Source: Octopus bimaculoides (taxonomy: Eukaryota). From it: DNA of 64,000 nt. Shown piece after piece: positions 37,381-50,235 of this stretch (position 1 is the stretch's first letter; every line of letters starts with the position of its first letter). The position numbers were made by a program, and so were the translations under genes. The DNA lies in assembly GCF_001194135.2 (NCBI RefSeq), contig NC_068986.1, forward strand, positions 27,711,178 to 27,775,177, written 5' to 3'. The notes below the pieces were generated by a model, which did not search any database, was not told the DNA's origin, and worked only from the letters and a program-made list of their open reading frames with translations.

Positions 37381-38228
37381 TGTACACTGGTGAAGGATGA
37401 AGGGGGACATTACAAGGACAAGATCAGTTCTTACTTGCGGACTTGTCTGAAAAGCTGCCAAGTTACTCTACTGATTATAACAGTATCAGATGTAGTAGTT
37501 GTACTTTAGTTGTTGTGTGTATGTGTATGTGTATTGGGGGTGGGGGTGGGGAGATGGGGTTGGAGGAGTACGAGGAAAACAATTACTTTCTGTTTGATGC
37601 TTAAAGATTCATTTGTAGAATCCATTAGGAATTTGCCATCTGACAAGTTGATTTCTGTCATTTTGCTAAACACATAGAGTAAATTATTTGTCACTTTTTC
37701 CTTTCCCAGTACAACAATAGCAACAACAACAACAATGGTATCTCACAAACCCCTTACTTTCTCTAATATTTATTTATTTATTCATTCATTCATCTTTTCA
37801 TCCCTCATCACCATTTAGAACATTTCCACACCTGCCCCTACACACACACACACACACACACACCTCTAGACCTCCTGAGCACAGGTGTTTTCTGAACCCC
37901 TAAACTCTACTGTGACACCTTTTAATCATAGAATCCTTTCATTCATAATATCTCCCTCTCTGCTTCTTCTTCTTCAGTTTTTTCTTTCTTTTTCTTTTTC
38001 TTTTTTTCTTTCTTTCTAGTCTTTCATTTGCCTTTTGCTCAGATTCTGTTGCCATGCTTTAAATTTTTCTCTCACCTCCCTTATAACTGTTGTAATTTGT
38101 TAAGGGACCATTTTTAGTGCCCACTGACACAGAACATGTCTATATTTCATTTGAAGAATGGTTAATTCTATAACTAGCTCTCTATTTGTATTAGCTTAAC
38201 GTTTTAGAATTTTTAGTTTTTATCTTAT

Positions 38229-38575
38229 AGGCATGGCTGTGTGGTTAAGAAGCTTGCTTTATAACCACATGATTTTTGTGTTCAATTTCACTGTGTGGTA
38301 CCTTGAGCTAGCCAAAGTGTTCTGAATGAATTTGGTGTACAGAAACTGTGTGGAAACCCATCGTATATATGCATGCATATATGTGTCTTTGTGTTTGTCC
38401 CCACCCTCTCTCTTGACAACCATTGTTGGTTTGTTTACATCCCCGTAACTTAGCAGTTTCTCAAAATATATTGAAAGAGTAAGTACCAGATTTATAAAAA
38501 AACAAGTGCTAGGTTTGAGGCAGTGCCCCAGTATGGCCACAGTTTAATGATGCCAACAAGAATAAGACAGTCATG
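38229..38575 (+). mobile_element. Diverged near-full-length SINE family A
   Basis: atggctgtgtggttaagaagcttgct...gttcaatttcactg...accttgagc...tttacatccccgtaacttagcag...gtgccccagtatggccacagt. Confidence 0.8.
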
Positions 38576-38920
38576 AGGGAAGGCAGTATCTGTAACTTTT
38601 TACAGAGCATCTGAGACGAGTTAGTCAGAGAGAGAGGAAGATATCTTAAACATGAAGTCTGGTTTGAAACAGAATAAACTCTGTTAAAGGCACTCAAGAA
38701 TCGGATAGTGATGTTCAACGAGGTGATGAATTACGACCATGGTGGGATTTGAACTTTGAACATTAGATACTCTGCCACTGAAAATCTGATGAAATGGATG
38801 TGTTCTATATGCCCATGAAACTTCAAGTTATGTAGAACTGAACCAAATGTTATTATTTACATGTGGTTCCAACCAAATGTATTGAGTGCTACTTGTTTTT
38901 TAATTTGTTAATTCACTATA

Positions 38921-39119
38921 CTCTTTACTCTTTTACTTGCTTCAGTTATTTGACTGTGACCATGCTGGAGTATCGCCTTTAGTCGAGCAAATTGACCCCA
39001 GGACTTATTCTTTGTAAGCCCAGTACTTATTCTATCGGTCTCTTTTTGCCGAACCGCTAAGTTACGGGGACGTAAACACACTAGCATCGATTGTCAAGCG
39101 ATGTTCGGGGGGGGGGGGA

Positions 39120-39159
<40 letters not shown>

Positions 39160-39331
39160 CATATATACGATGGGCTTCTTTCAGTTTCTGTCTACCAAAT
39201 CCACTCACAAGACTTTGGTCGGCCTGAGGCTATAGTAGAAGACACTTGTCCAAGGTGCCATGCAGTGGGACTGAACCCGGAACCATGTGGTTGGTAAGCA
39301 AGCTACTTAACACACAGCTACTCCTGCGCCT
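38921..39331 (-). mobile_element. Full-length SINE family A
   Basis: Near-identical to 31023-31432 and 58001-58402. Confidence 0.9.
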
Positions 39332-40019
39332 ATATATATAATTATATATGTAATTACATATCAACAGTCATTTTTTTGAATAGTTAGACAAATGTGCACC
39401 ATTGTGGAACACAGATGTGTGTTTGGTATAATGTAAATTCCAGTCTGTACTGGCACTATAAGCTTTATCTCTGCTTTTAGCCCATGTGTTGCCAAAGAGA
39501 GCACAGCAAATTCTTACAGTAGCTTAACTGCCAAGCAGTTAAAACTAAGCCCTCTGCCCAAAGACACGAGGCAGTACCTGGACAAGGATACCAGCTTCCT
39601 GATCCATGATTATGTACCAACATCCTGACACATTGCTGNNNNNNNNNNNNNNNNNNNNNNNNNNNNNNNNNNNNNNNNNNNNNNNNNNNNNNNNNNNNNN
39701 NNNNNNNNNNNNNNNNNNNNNNNNNNNNNNNNNNNNNNNNNNNNNNNNNNNNNNNNNNNNNNNNNNNNNNNNNNNNNNNNNNNNNNNNNNNNNNNNNNNN
39801 NNNNNNNNNNNNNNNNNNNNNNNNNNNNNNNNNNNNNNNNNNNNNNNNNNNNNNNNNNNNNNNNNNNNNNNNNNNNNNNNNNNNNGTATTGATACTACTT
39901 TTGAAGCCTTGAATTAGTTTACTCAATCCTGGCTTTTTTTTTTAGCTCTTATGGGTTTTAGTTGAATATTTTTGACTGACACACAATTACTCTGACAAAA
40001 TCCTACAATTGCAAGGCCT

Positions 40020-40057
<38 letters not shown>

Positions 40058-41544
40058 ACATAATTTTCTCTCATGTATGTTTACTTGTGCATGTGCATTT
40101 GCAAGTGCATATCAAATATCATTACAGCCACTGAAATTTCTCTAAAGCACTTGACCTGATAATATTGTTATTTCCAAGGAAACATATCTTATAGCCTGCT
40201 AGAGTTCTTTATCATCATTGTTATTCCAGAATGGTTTTAGAGTGTGTGTGGCAATCTTTTATGGATATCCCATGACTGGCAAATCTCAATTTTATCAGCC
40301 TTTTAAAGAAAGATAATCCTCTGATATTCCAGTAAAGGAGATATCAGTATTTCTTTCCATATCATGAATGCTTCCCTCTCTGAAGCTCAAATACACAACT
40401 GTGAATAAACATATACCAATTTGCATACATAATATATGTGTGTATGTATTTAATGTACATACATACATGTGTGCATCTACACATGTAAACCAGTTCCTTC
40501 ATACTCATACATAAGAATATGCTGGTACGTTTTCAATGAAGACATTTGTGTTATTCGATTAAGGTTCAATAGCTTTGTAGAGATGGTCACACGAAGTCAC
40601 ATCACTGTTCAAATTCAACATGCTTTATTGGCAGTTGCGTTGACGGTGGTGATGGTTGTTGGTAATGATTGAGATGCTAAGTATGGTATCAGAGATGGAA
40701 GTGATAGCTGCAGTGTTGAGAGAGGCTGTAAAGCTACAAGAAACTACCCGGATAAATCATTTCAATATATAAACTGCGTATATTACTCACATACACACAT
40801 AACGTGTACACATGGATGCATGCACCGTACAAATGTCCTCCCATAAGTGTGTTTAAGATAAAGTCAAGTGCTGCCTGTTGGTTATTCTGTGTGTGAATTT
40901 TAATTGAATACTAATGTAACATTTACAAAACTGTTGTTTGTGTTTGTGTTGTAGATGTGTGCGCTTCTTGTGTGAATATATATACATCTGTGTATGTTCT
41001 GTTTGTATCTAAGTCTTCTTAGATGCCAATGATAAAATAAGAATTTGGACTCCAAGATAGTATTGTGTTACATGAATTTAATGCCAGAACTAGTGCTCTC
41101 AGCTCATTTGTAGCCAAACGGTTTTCAACAACATCATATAACACAATACACTGCTGCCCACCAAAACCAATGCATTTCTATCCTGTGTGTTTATATTATG
41201 TGTTCTGTATGGTTTATTAACTTATTTCTTGTTGCTGCTGTTGCTCTTGTTTGAGATTTAAAAAAATGTAAAGCTGCTCTGCCGATTGTAATCAAAGATT
41301 TAAAAATGCAGAGGTAACAGATTGACGGTGGTAATGATGGTGGTGATGCAACTTGACAGATTGACCATGGCTGAAACACCCTTGACCACACATCTTCTCA
41401 GTCAGGACTGACCTGCACTAAACAACAACAACACAATAAAAAAAAAGCTACAACACCAATACATCACCATAGAACATTGTTTTATACNNNNNNNNNNNNN
41501 NNNNNNNNNNNNNNNNNNNNNNNNNNNNNNNNNNNNNNNNNNNN

Positions 41545-41590
<46 letters not shown>

Positions 41591-42495
41591 TTTGTTCATT
41601 ATTAACCAATTGGAGAGTCTCTATGTGGACATTTGAATTGCTAGAAATAGCAACCAAATCTCTCTTAAATTGCTTCTTATCATCAAAACAGATACATTGC
41701 ATAATGTGATCCTAGGACCCATGCACATAAGAAAACGATGGGATGGTCATGGTTGGAATGCCTTTGATCTTAGGGCCATTCAGTCAAGGTTGTGTTACGT
41801 CTAAACAACAGCAACACGCTGTTCACACACACACATACACACACAAACATACACTTCATTTGCAAATTTACACGTACACATGTACACTGTTAATTGAATA
41901 TGGCTTGACTCATTCTTCATTTCACAAAAGGGGAGTTTTATGCCTAAGGAAGATCTCATTATTTTAATTTCTTTTGACTATCCCAATATCACATTGACCT
42001 GTGATGACCGTTTAATGATTTTTTGGCACATTTTAACAATGTAATAGAATTTAATTAAAGGCACCACATTGTTTTATCATCCCTCTGGAATTGAAATAAT
42101 TCCAATATCGTCACTTAACTTAATAATTCCAATGTTACCATTTTAAATATAACCATTTAAATTTGCATTGTAAATTTAGGTCAGTTGTGAAAGCATGGCA
42201 ATATTTACAGCATTACTATTTTGCTTTTTGTGTTTCGTGGTTCTTGGTTCAAATTTTATCAGGAGCTGTTTAAAATTTCATTTTTGTTTTTATTGGGTTG
42301 AATTTTTAAATTTTTTATTTGACACCAGGCCTGAAATGTTCACCCATACATGGACAAATATTACAGTCCATCTCTCATTCTTGACTCAGGTGTCTATGTA
42401 GTCATGTCTGTTAGACACCTAAAACAATCAGAGCAACCCAAGGTATATTATTACTGAGCTGTACATACTTGCAAGTGATGATTGACTGTACTGTA

Positions 42496-42705
42496 TTCTT
42501 TTACTTGTGTCAGTCATTTGACTGTGGCCATGTTGGAGCACCGCCTTTAGTTGAGCAAATCGACCCCAGGACTTATTCTTTGTAAGCCTAGTACTTATTC
42601 TATCCGTCTCTTTTGCCGAACCGCTAAGTTACGGGGACGTAAACACACCAGCATCAGTTGTCAAGCGATGTTGGGGGGGACAAACACAGACACACAAACA
42701 TACAC
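42496..42705 (-). mobile_element. SINE family A 3' half (the rest is in a gap)
   Basis: ttttacttgtgtcagtcatttgactgtggccatg...gggacaaacacagacacacaaac, then Ns. Confidence 0.85.
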
Positions 42706-43946
42706 NNNNNNNNNNNNNNNNNNNNNNNNNNNNNNNNNNNNNNNNNNNNNNNNNNNNNNNNNNNNNNNNNNNNNNNNNNNNNNNNNNNNNNNNNNNNNNN
42801 NNNNNNNNNNNNNNNNNNNNNNNNNNNNNNNNNNNNNNNNNNNNNNNNNNNNNNNNNNNNNNNNNNNNNNNNNNNNNNNNNNNNNNNNNNNNNNNNNNNN
42901 NNNNNNNNNNNNNNNNNNNNNNNNNNNNNNNNNNNNNNNNNNNNNNNNNNNNNNNNNNNNNNNNNNNNNNNNNNNNNNNNNNNNNNNNNNNNNNNNNNNN
43001 NNNNNNNNNNNNNNNNNNNNNNNNNNNNNNNNNNNNNNNNNNNNNNNNNNNNNNNNNNNNNNNNNNNNNNNNNNNNNNNNNNNNNNNNNNNNNNNNNNNN
43101 NNNNNNNNNNNNNNNNNNNNNNNNNNNNNNNNNNNNNNNNNNNNNNNNNNNNNNNNNNNNNNNNNNNNNNNNNNNNNNNNNNNNNNNNNNNNNNNNNNNN
43201 NNNNNNNNNNNNNNNNNNNNNNNNNNNNNNNNNNNNNNNNNNNNNNNNNNNNNNNNNNNNNNNNNNNNNNNNNNNNNNNNNNNNNNNNNNNNNNNNNNNN
43301 NNNNNNNNNNNNNNNNNNNNNNNNNNNNNNNNNNNNNNNNNNNNNNNNNNNNNNNNNNNNNNNNNNNNNNNNNNNNNNNNNNNNNNNNNNNNNNNNNNNN
43401 NNNNNNNNNNNNNNNNNNNNNNNNNNNNNNNNNNNNNNNNNNNNNNNNNNNNNNNNNNNNNNNNNNNNNNNNNNNNNNNNNNNNNNNNNNNNNNNNNNNN
43501 NNNNNNNNNNNNNNNNNNNNNNNNNNNNNNNNNNNNNNNNNNNNNNNNNNNNNNNNNNNNNNNNNNNNNNNNNNNNNNNNNNNNNNNNNNNNNNNNNNNN
43601 NNNNNNNNNNNNNNNNNNNNNNNNNNNNNNNNNNNNNNNNNNNNNNNNNNTATATATATATATATATATTTTATTATCATTATTATAATTTTTGTTTTTG
43701 ATCTTATATTCATAGCTTTGAAGTTTTATAAATTTGGTATATCACCATCATTGACTTCATCAGTGTTGTCATTGATATCATCATTGAGTGTGAGAACAGC
43801 ACATGCCATCAAATGTATGGAGCCCAATATACCCATCAATACCCATCATTACTACCCATCTGATAAGGGTACACTAAGCACATGTCTATGTATGTGACAT
43901 GGTGATCTCATATCAAGATAAACAGCACATAACTTATTATTATTAT

Positions 43947-44165
43947 TTAAGGTGATGTGCTGGCAGAATTGTTAGCATGCTAGACAAAATACTTAGCAGC
44001 ATTTCATCCGTCTTTATGTTCTGAGTTCAAATCGTGCTGAGATTGAGTTTGCCTTTCATCCTTTCAGGGTTGATAAATTAAGTACCAGTTGAGCACTGGG
44101 GTTGAGGTAATCAACTAGTCACCTCTCCCAAAATTTCAGGACTTGTGCCTTTAGTAGAAAGGATG
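43947..44165 (+). mobile_element. SINE family B copy with long (GAT)/(ATT)/(AGT) tail
   Basis: taaggtgatgtgctggcagaattgttagc...gttctgagttcaaatcg...caggacttgtgcctttagtagaaaggatgat. Confidence 0.9.
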
Positions 44166-44178
44166 ATGATGATGATTA

Positions 44179-44259
<81 letters not shown>

Positions 44260-44307
44260 GTAGTAGTAGTAGTAGTAGTAGTGTTATTATTATTAGTATT
44301 AGTATCA

Positions 44308-44470
44308 TTAAGGTAGTAAGCTGGCTGAAATGCCAGCACTCTAGAAAAAATGCTCTGCAGAATTTTTCTGACTCTTTATGTTTTGAGTTCAAATTCTGCT
44401 GAGGTCAACTTAGCCTTTCGTCCTTTCAAGGTTGATAAAATAAAATAACTATCAAGCACTGGAGTCACAT
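44308..44470 (+). mobile_element. Second, diverged SINE family B copy in tandem
   Basis: taaggtagtaagctggc...gttttgagttcaaattctgctgaggtcaact...cctttcaaggttgataaa...caagcactggagtc. Confidence 0.8.
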
Positions 44471-45535
44471 TATTTTTAATTAATCTTGCATTATTTTGTA
44501 GCTTTAAGATTTCTACGTTGTGATTGTTTATGATTTGAATGACATTGTCAGGTAGGTGTAAGAGGCCAGATCTGGCCAGTTTGAACATAAAACAAATAGA
44601 ACATTTTGTGCTAGCTTGAATGAATGTCAAAGGGTGAAGACATGTTATGCAGAGAGCACATAACTGCACATCTTCAAATTCCTAAAAACACAACCTTCAG
44701 CCTAATGCTACATACAATTAGCAGTTTTGCCCAAATGTCCATTTCTTCCATCAGTTTCCCTATTGACCATATTAATCTTGGCTACAGCGAAACCTGTACT
44801 TATCAAATATGACAACAAAGCACTTATACACAAGGTGTGTGTTACTAACATATGTCGTACACTGTTTGCATCCATCTCATATCTGTGAGTGTTATTTATA
44901 AACAGCATTCTACTGTTTAAACATGATGTTTATTTTATAGTGCAATGTGCAAGTTTACCATATAATTATTGTTCAGCCTAATTCTGTTTTAGTGTTCATG
45001 AGATACACCACTGATAGCAATTACAATCAACTGCAATAAATATCTAGCTTCTATGCTACTTCTGGGTTCTTTTATTAATACTCATTTGGATCCAATCTAG
45101 TTTAACAGAATTTATCCAATAGATGGGAAACATTAAATAGCCATTTCATCATGGATTTGGCTTCAAGGAAGCTTCATCATATTAAATGTGCTTTTATTTT
45201 ACTTCTGTTATACTTAACTAATAACACGGATTCGGTTAATATCTTAATCTCGTGTTAATTATACAGATTTGGTAATATCTTAAGCTTATGCTAATTACAC
45301 CCTAATCTTGTGTTAATTATACACTAATCTTGTGTTAATTCATGGTTGTATGACAGGTCTTGCTAAAATATCTGAACTCAACACTTGTTCAATTATATTT
45401 GTAACCCTTGTTTCAGTTTTTGCATTAGTTTCGAGAAAGAAAATAAATTATTTCATGTCTGAGCTTAAATCTAATTTACATATTACTATCTTCTTCATCA
45501 TCATCATTGTCGCTTTCTTTATCATTTTCATCATC

Positions 45536-45715
45536 ATTATTATTCTTTTAACTTGGGTCTCATTGGAATGCCTGGAGTTTTGTATGAGTGGTGGGCTTGC
45601 TATCTTCAGGTTACAATACCATGCTATCTGTTCTCATCAACTATGTAATACTTTTCTGATGATTCTGGCTGTGCCAAAGAGGCAAACTTTTTACAATCAG
45701 CTCTACTGGATCTGC

Positions 45716-45717
<2 letters not shown>
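45536..45717 (-). mobile_element. R4/Dong-like RLE retrotransposon 3' end (element 3 of stack)
   Basis: Minus translation KVCLFGTARIIRKVLHS* (stop at 45637-45639), then 3' UTR and (AAT)3 tail at 45536-45544. Confidence 0.7.
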
Positions 45718-45759
<42 letters not shown>

Positions 45760-46063
45760 TCCTTTCATTATAACTTTATTTCAGCTGCCTTAGTACTGGG
45801 CATCCTCCAGAGGCCAAGAGTAGCAAGGGCACTTATATTTTGCTATGCATGCTAAAATTATCACCACATTTATTCCATTTTAGGTGGAAAGTGCTTTCCC
45901 TAGTATTATGGGCTGTACCCATCAAGTTCATCTTTTGTAGTTCACGGAGATTGGAGTTACCAGGGAGTCGCTTAATATACTTCTCAGCTCCCTTCTTTAT
46001 CAATCCCAATGCACCAATTACTACAGGTATTATCATAGTACTAAGCTTCCACATTCTTCTTTT
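45718..46063 (-). mobile_element. R4/Dong-like RLE retrotransposon 3' end (element 2 of stack)
   Basis: KRRMWKLSTMIIPVVIGALGLIKKGAEKYIKRLPGNSNLRELQKMNLMGTAH (1-nt frameshift to ILGKALST*); long (AAT)n tail at 45718-45759. Confidence 0.8.
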
Positions 46064-46335
46064 TATTATTATTGAAGACATCGCACAGCATCCAATATTG
46101 TGATGTAGATTGAAGATATTGTGTCTACCTGGGGTTTGTATTGTCTGTCAAATCGCAACAAGGACCTCAGACAGACAGTACTTTGCACAATAAGCATGCA
46201 GTTCCAAGTTAAGCCGATATTTGCAATATGCCAAGACTGTAGGGTATTTCTAAAGTTTCCAGATGTTTCTTCAGATTGGGCAGTATTGAACCCAGTGCTC
46301 CGATGACAACAGGATCTTGTGCCACTACTAACAAA
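46064..46335 (-). mobile_element. R4/Dong-like RLE retrotransposon 3' end (element 1 of stack)
   Basis: PVVIGALGSILPNLKKHLETLEIPYSLGILQISA*LGTACLLCKVLSV* (stop at 46167-46169); 3' UTR; (AAT)3 tail at 46064-46073. Confidence 0.75.
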
Positions 46336-46771
46336 TTGCGATGGGCTTGCTACCAAATCAGGTGTCCAGGTTTTTTCCTGAAGGTGACTGAATGCATAAG
46401 AGTGTGAGAACCAGTATTGGAGGAAAGGATACATGTAGGATGATATCACTCCATGATGTATACTACATCTACACAGCTTTTGAGTGGTGAGTGTGAGTGT
46501 GTGTGTGATGTTCATTTTCCATGATTGGGCATAAGTTAAATGAATATGTGTTACCGAGGCCTTGTAATATAGACAGATGCTTTTCCTGTTGCTAACCTTT
46601 AACATGTTCCAAGTAAGAGAGTTTTCATTCCATTCATCATTGAAAGTGCAGAGCTATCAAATGATTTGTTGATTAGGAAATACCAACAAACAACATAATC
46701 CATAGCTCAGTTCAGTGAAAGATGTAAACATATGCATCCATTGTGCACATGCATACACACACACACACACA

Positions 46772-46930
46772 CAATGGGCTTCATACAGTTTCCCCTCTAT
46801 CAAATTCACTTAGATGGTATCGATCAGTCCAGAGCTATAATAAATAAAAGACACCTGCCCAGAATGTCATGAGGTGGGTTGGAACTCAAAACCACATGAT
46901 TGTGTAGTCGATTTGTTAACCAAATAGCGG
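46772..46930 (-). mobile_element. Old diverged SINE family A 5' half
   Basis: aatgggcttcatacagtttcc...aaattcact...aagacacctgccca...gaactcaaaaccacatg. Confidence 0.65.
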
Positions 46931-47603
46931 TACTTGTGTGTGTGTGTGTCCCCAGGATATTTTGTATAGCAGCATCAGTGTTTTGTTTTCTTAAATATGT
47001 TGATTTAGTCCGGTCTTGTGTCTCTTGCCTTAGTTGGTCTTATATGTGTCACCTAACTTCATTCAGAAGATACAAGTGCAAGCGTGTACAAGTCAAAATA
47101 TTGCACTACTCGTTAAAATGGTGGTCAAACACAAACACCACACAAAAGAAAAAAAAAAGAAAAAAAAAAGAGGAAAAAGAATTATTTGTTTTAATGGTTT
47201 GACAAGAAAACTGGTTCAAGGGACATAAAACAAATAACACAACCATTTTATTTTACATTTTTGAATTGTAAAGTGGGGCAGGTGGATGGCGAGTGGGGAA
47301 CGCAACTTGGTCAAACTGGAGTTTGAGCAAACACAGCGCATAGAATAATTATATTCAGGTCATAGAGAAATCACTTGATTCTTCCACTGCTTAAATGCTC
47401 TTTGTTTGCATAAGGCATTGAAACGAAACTGAATCAAGTCATGTCTTACTGAAAATTTAAATATTAAAGAAGGTGGGGAAGTGGGGGGGGGATAGAGAAA
47501 AATAAGAAAAAAAAAAATAAAAACAAAGAACCCAGAAATTTCTTCTGAATGCATTAAACTTTTGCCCCAGCTATAAGTCTACATCAACCTCCCGAAGAAA
47601 TAC

Positions 47604-47643
<40 letters not shown>

Positions 47644-48113
47644 TGAAAATAATAATAATAATGATTATGATTAATAATAGTAACAGCATTGTTGACAATG
47701 AATATAATCTCACTGGAAGTCTTGAGAAAATATTGACAATAATAGACTATTAATAATTTTTTAAAAATATTTTTTTGTTTCTATTTTCTTTTTGCTTTCT
47801 TGTTTGTTTCAGAAGGCAAACTTTTTCTATGAAATATATAAAAGGTCATTGTTGATGTTATTGTCTAAATATTAGAGTTACCTCCCCCTACTCTCTCTCT
47901 CTCTCTTCCTCTCCACACACCTTACACGCACGCATAAAAAAAAAATTGCAATGGAAAAAAATTATTTCTATGACGTGTAGTAATGTCTCTGTATAGTTTG
48001 CAGAAAGGTGGGAGAAGTGTGTGTGTGTGTGTGTGTGTGGAGGGTGTTGTTCTTTATAAACATAGTTCCTTGTCTGCTGTTTGTCACCTGGTCTAAATAT
48101 TAAAGATTGTTGA

Positions 48114-48156
<43 letters not shown>

Positions 48157-48267
48157 GCTGTTGTTGTTGTTATTGTTGGTTTTATATTCTACCTCTCTTG
48201 AGATTTATTTATATTCTAACTTCAATAACTGAAGGAATAACTAATATTTACTAGGTGCTGATGGCTC

Positions 48268-48304
<37 letters not shown>

Positions 48305-48345
48305 CCATAGGCTCGCTCACATATGCACACCTGCTCTCTGTCTCT

Positions 48346-48384
<39 letters not shown>

Positions 48385-48569
48385 ACACTCACTAATACAT
48401 CTCTTTTATAAATATACAGGCATATATGGATGGACAAACAAAAATGTGTTTGTGTGTAAATATTTATGCACATTGTGTCTGTGTTTGTCTGTATACGTAG
48501 GTGTGTGCATGCAAAGATGTGTGTATGTGCATGTAAAGATGTGTGTATGTGCATGTACGTATTTGTATG

Positions 48570-48600
<31 letters not shown>

Positions 48601-48612
48601 ATTTATATACAC

Positions 48613-48656
<44 letters not shown>

Positions 48657-49704
48657 TCATATATATATGTATATATGCATGTATATATGCATATATATGT
48701 ATATATGCATATATATATANNNNNNNNNNNNNNNNNNNNNNNNNNNNNNNNNNNNNNNNNNNNNNNNNNNNNNNNNNNNNNNNNNNNNNNNNNNNNNNNN
48801 NNNNNNNNNNNNNNNNNNNNNNNNNNNNNNNNNNNNNNNNNNNNNNNNNNNNNNNNNNNNNNNNNNNNNNNNNNNNNNNNNNNNNNNNNNNNNNNNNNNN
48901 NNNNNNNNNNNNNNNNNNNNNNNNNNNNNNNNNNNNNNNNNNNNNNNNNNNNNNNNNNNNNNNNNNNNNNNNNNNNNNNNNNNNNNNNNNNNNNNNNNNN
49001 NNNNNNNNNNNNNNNNNNNNNNNNNNNNNNNNNNNNNNNNNNNNNNNNNNNNNNNNNNNNNNNNNNNNNNNNNNNNNNNNNNNNNNNNNNNNNNNNNNNN
49101 NNNNNNNNNNNNNNNNNNNNNNNNNNNNNNNNNNNNNNNNNNNNNNNNNNNNNNNNNNNNNNNNNNNNNNNNNNNNNNNNNNNNNNNNNNNNNNNNNNNN
49201 NNNNNNNNNNNNNNNNNNNNNNNNNNNNNNNNNNNNNNNNNNNNNNNNNNNNNNNNNNNNNNNNNNNNNNNNNNNNNNNNNNNNNNNNNNNNNNNNNNNN
49301 NNNNNNNNNNNNNNNNNNNNNNNNNNNNNNNNNNNNNNNNNNNNNNNNNNNNNNNNNNNNNNNNNNNNNNNNNNNNNNNNNNNNNNNNNNNNNNNNNNNN
49401 NNNNNNNNNNNNNNNNNNNNNNNNNNNNNNNNNNNNNNNNNNNNNNNNNNNNNNNNNNNNNNNNNNNNNNNNNNNNNNNNNNNNNNNNNNNNNNNNNNNN
49501 NNNNNNNNNNNNNNNNNNNNNNNNNNNNNNNNNNNNNNNNNNNNNNNNNNNNNNNNNNNNNNNNNNNNNNNNNNNNNNNNNNNNNNNNNNNNNNNNNNNN
49601 TATCATTTATTTGAACAAATTATTTGCCTGGTCTCCTGTGTCACATTTTCAAAACCAATAAACTTAAATCAATGTCCGGGAGGAGGGGAACCTGAAGACA
49701 GAGA

Positions 49705-50235
49705 CGGTGGTGGTAGTGACGGTGGGGATGATTAAGGTGGTGGTGGTGGTGGTGATGGTGGTGGTGGAGGTGGTAATGGTGGTGGTGGTGAGGAGGAGGG
49801 GGAGATGAGATCTTCTGAATGATTGGAAGTGAACTGTTGTTGTTGATGGAAAGACGCGGTGGTGATGGCAGGGTGATGTGGTGTGGTGTGGTGTGGCTGC
49901 TGTGGAGGTGTTTGGTTGGTAGTTGTAGTTGTGGTGGGTATGGTATAAGTTGTAGTAGTGGCGGTGATAATTGTGGTTGTGGTAGTGGTGGATGTGAAGC
50001 TTGTGGTAGTGGTGGTGACGGTAGTAGTAGTAGTAGTAGTAATAGTGGTGTTGATGATAACGATGGTGGTTGTTGTGGTGGTAGTGGTATTGGTTGCGAT
50101 GTTGATGGTAGTGGTTGTGGTAGTAGTCCTAGTGGTGGTAGTGATGATGGTGCTAGGGGTGTGTTGCAATGATAGCGATAATTGTGGTGGTAGTAGTGCT
50201 ACTTTGTAGGAAATGTTAGTTGTAGTGGTAGTGTT
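49705..50235 (+). repeat. Degenerate (GGT/GTA/GAT)n low-complexity tract
   Basis: Direct reading; similar tracts at ~33995-34225 and ~34740-35030. Confidence 0.8.

Noticed and set aside
39480-39638. Possible old V/CORE-type SINE on the minus strand
   Set aside because: Only a short gtgtctttgggcag resemblance, truncated by a gap; too weak to call.
47274-47365. TSP1-like words (VDGEWG, WSNWS)
   Set aside because: The motifs are in different frames, each closed by a stop, and the cysteines are missing.
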